Of a stretch of DNA of 64,000 bases, positions 62,227-64,000 are shown piece after piece. The notes beneath the pieces are model-generated. The model ran no database searches. It had not been told where the DNA came from and worked only from the letters and a program-made list of their open reading frames with translations. The stretch's first letter is position 1; each line of letters starts with the position of its first letter. Source of the DNA: Selaginella moellendorffii. Lineage: Eukaryota; Plantae; Lycopodiophyta. The DNA lies in the NCBI RefSeq assembly GCF_000143415.4, contig NW_003314277.1, forward strand, positions 62,001 through 126,000, in the 5' to 3' direction. The translations under genes and the position numbers were made by a program.

Positions 62227-64000
62227 AGAAGGAAAAAAAATAATTCAACCATAAAAATGCAAATCAGTACAATGGCACAAGATTGCAATGCTGAAAAGAC
62301 TGAGAGCTTTAGCCAACAGTTAGCCCCTCTATTTAGCATAGGAGGTTGCTTGGTGTGCTAAGTAGAGGGGCACTGTTGTTTGGTGTGATAAGTAGAGACT
62401 TCCTGTAACACAACATGTTGTTTCACTCCCTCTCCACTTATGTGGAGGTGCACCTCCTTTTTGTATTTTCTGCCCATCTCCCATATGTTGCCACATGACC
62501 CTTCTGCCTACTACTATCGAAAACGCTTAGGTGAGTTTGACACCAACACATCTGTATAGAGAGGAACTTTGTCTTGTAAAATCAAATAAAAAATAAATAT
62601 TGCACTCATGATAACAACAACAGCTTATATCATGAATGTTGATTCATATGAGATTTTGAGACAAAGAAGTGCTTATTAATAATAATGAAAAATCAAAACA
62701 AACTTGCAATTATCTATTTCCAAAAGGGATTGCATTATATTTGTTTATTTGAATACATACGAATTAGACTCCTCAAATTTAATGATTATATAAACTGCTG
62801 AATCAAGCCCAAGGGATTATAAGAAGTTTAAAGAATCATTGTCCTGGATTTAGTGGATTTGTGTGAGTCACTTATAAGTTGCATTTTTTCTATTTATTAT
62901 AAACATATATATTTATGTAAAGGAGTTATTGCAATAATTTTTTTCCTTTTTTACCAAATAATCTAAAGGTCAGCATCATGAATTTATAAAAACAACTTAC
63001 AAAGCTAAACAAATTGAACACATGAAAATATCTTACTTTCATTAACATCTACATTAAAAATGCCATAGTTTTTTTAAAGTAGGGAATGATAATATTTTTA
63101 CTTTCCATATTTTTTTACAACCCAATAGATGAAAAAAACATATGGAACCGAATTAATGTATAATTGATTTTCTTTACAAAAATAAAAATGCAAATAAAAT
63201 GAAAACACCAACCTATAGGCTGGTGTAACACTGGAAAGCAATCAATAGGCTATTACAATAATAGTTCCATCATCCATCACTCAAACCAAGGGAAATTACA
63301 TACAGGCAAAAGCAAATCTTCCCCCATTAATGATACTTTTCGAAATAAGAATCAATGGATATTATTTTTTGCTTTATTGGATGCTCAAAATCTAATAGTA
63401 TTTAAGCTTCCAACCTATATGTTTATATTTATAATTATCTAAAATTTTATACAGTTCAGTTTAGCTAGCTTAAGCTAGTGGTTAGAGAAGTGACTAGATC
63501 AACACCTTGCCATCACCACTTCAGGTTCTTGAATGCCACGAGGTCACCTTAATTGAGGAGCCACAAGCCATGTAAATAGAAATGTCAAACTGTGTTAGTG
63601 CTGAAAGGTCAAATGAAAGAGAAATTATGTGATATAGGTTATAGGCATAAGGAAGTTCCAATGGATGCAACTTGATATGAACCACAGGAATATTCCAAGA
63701 ATATTTTATGGCATGTGGGATTTAAGGCCGTAATGCATTAAGGGCTGGGAGGTTGGCCTAGGGTTTGCTCTCTTGTTCATTTCATTAGTATAAGAGTAGC
63801 ACATTCTTTTAGGGATGGCGGGTGAGCAAAACATTGATCCTAATGAGGAGTATGGTATTAATGTGTAAGCAACCAAAGGAAATGACTCAAGAGAAGATCC
63901 ATAGGGGTTCAAATATAAAGGGAAAAGGCCCATGAACAAAAGTGCATCTTCTTTTCCAATCCGTTAAGGGTTTTGGGATATTTGAGGTTAAACGTACTTG

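Overview
Gene-dense plant nuclear DNA with very short (about 50-70 nt) GT-AG introns and many intronless PLS-class PPR genes. This points to a Selaginella (lycophyte) genome, which is an inference from gene structure. Housekeeping genes recognised: phosphatidylinositol synthase, JMJ30/JMJD5, a PhnP-type metallo-beta-lactamase hydrolase, SPOUT1-like methyltransferase, a zinc-finger-less KIN17 paralogue, a BAHD acyltransferase, AAE15/16 acyl-activating enzyme, a germin-like protein and tRNA-Asp. These are interleaved with a dynamic region: four ELIP genes with ABRE promoters, five long PPR ORFs plus PPR pseudogenes, and an unannotated ~360-aa intronless family whose motif spacing resembles a degenerate Crinkler-type restriction-endonuclease fold (2 intact copies, 1 pseudogene, 1 divergent fragment). 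A 4.3-kb PPR / orphan / ELIP cassette is duplicated 22.6 kb apart with reciprocal gene loss. There is also a rearranged Ty3/gypsy element (164-bp LTRs, tRNA-Ala PBS, inverted RT), a 26-bp collapsed solo LTR with its TSD, and pseudogenes of SR45, RCL1, an ABCC transporter and tRNA-Ala. The most notable leads are the PPR / REase-like / ELIP cassette and a dense CCGTAC (SBP/SPL-type) cluster directly upstream of the KIN17 paralogue. Exon boundaries and homologies were read by eye; no database searches were run.
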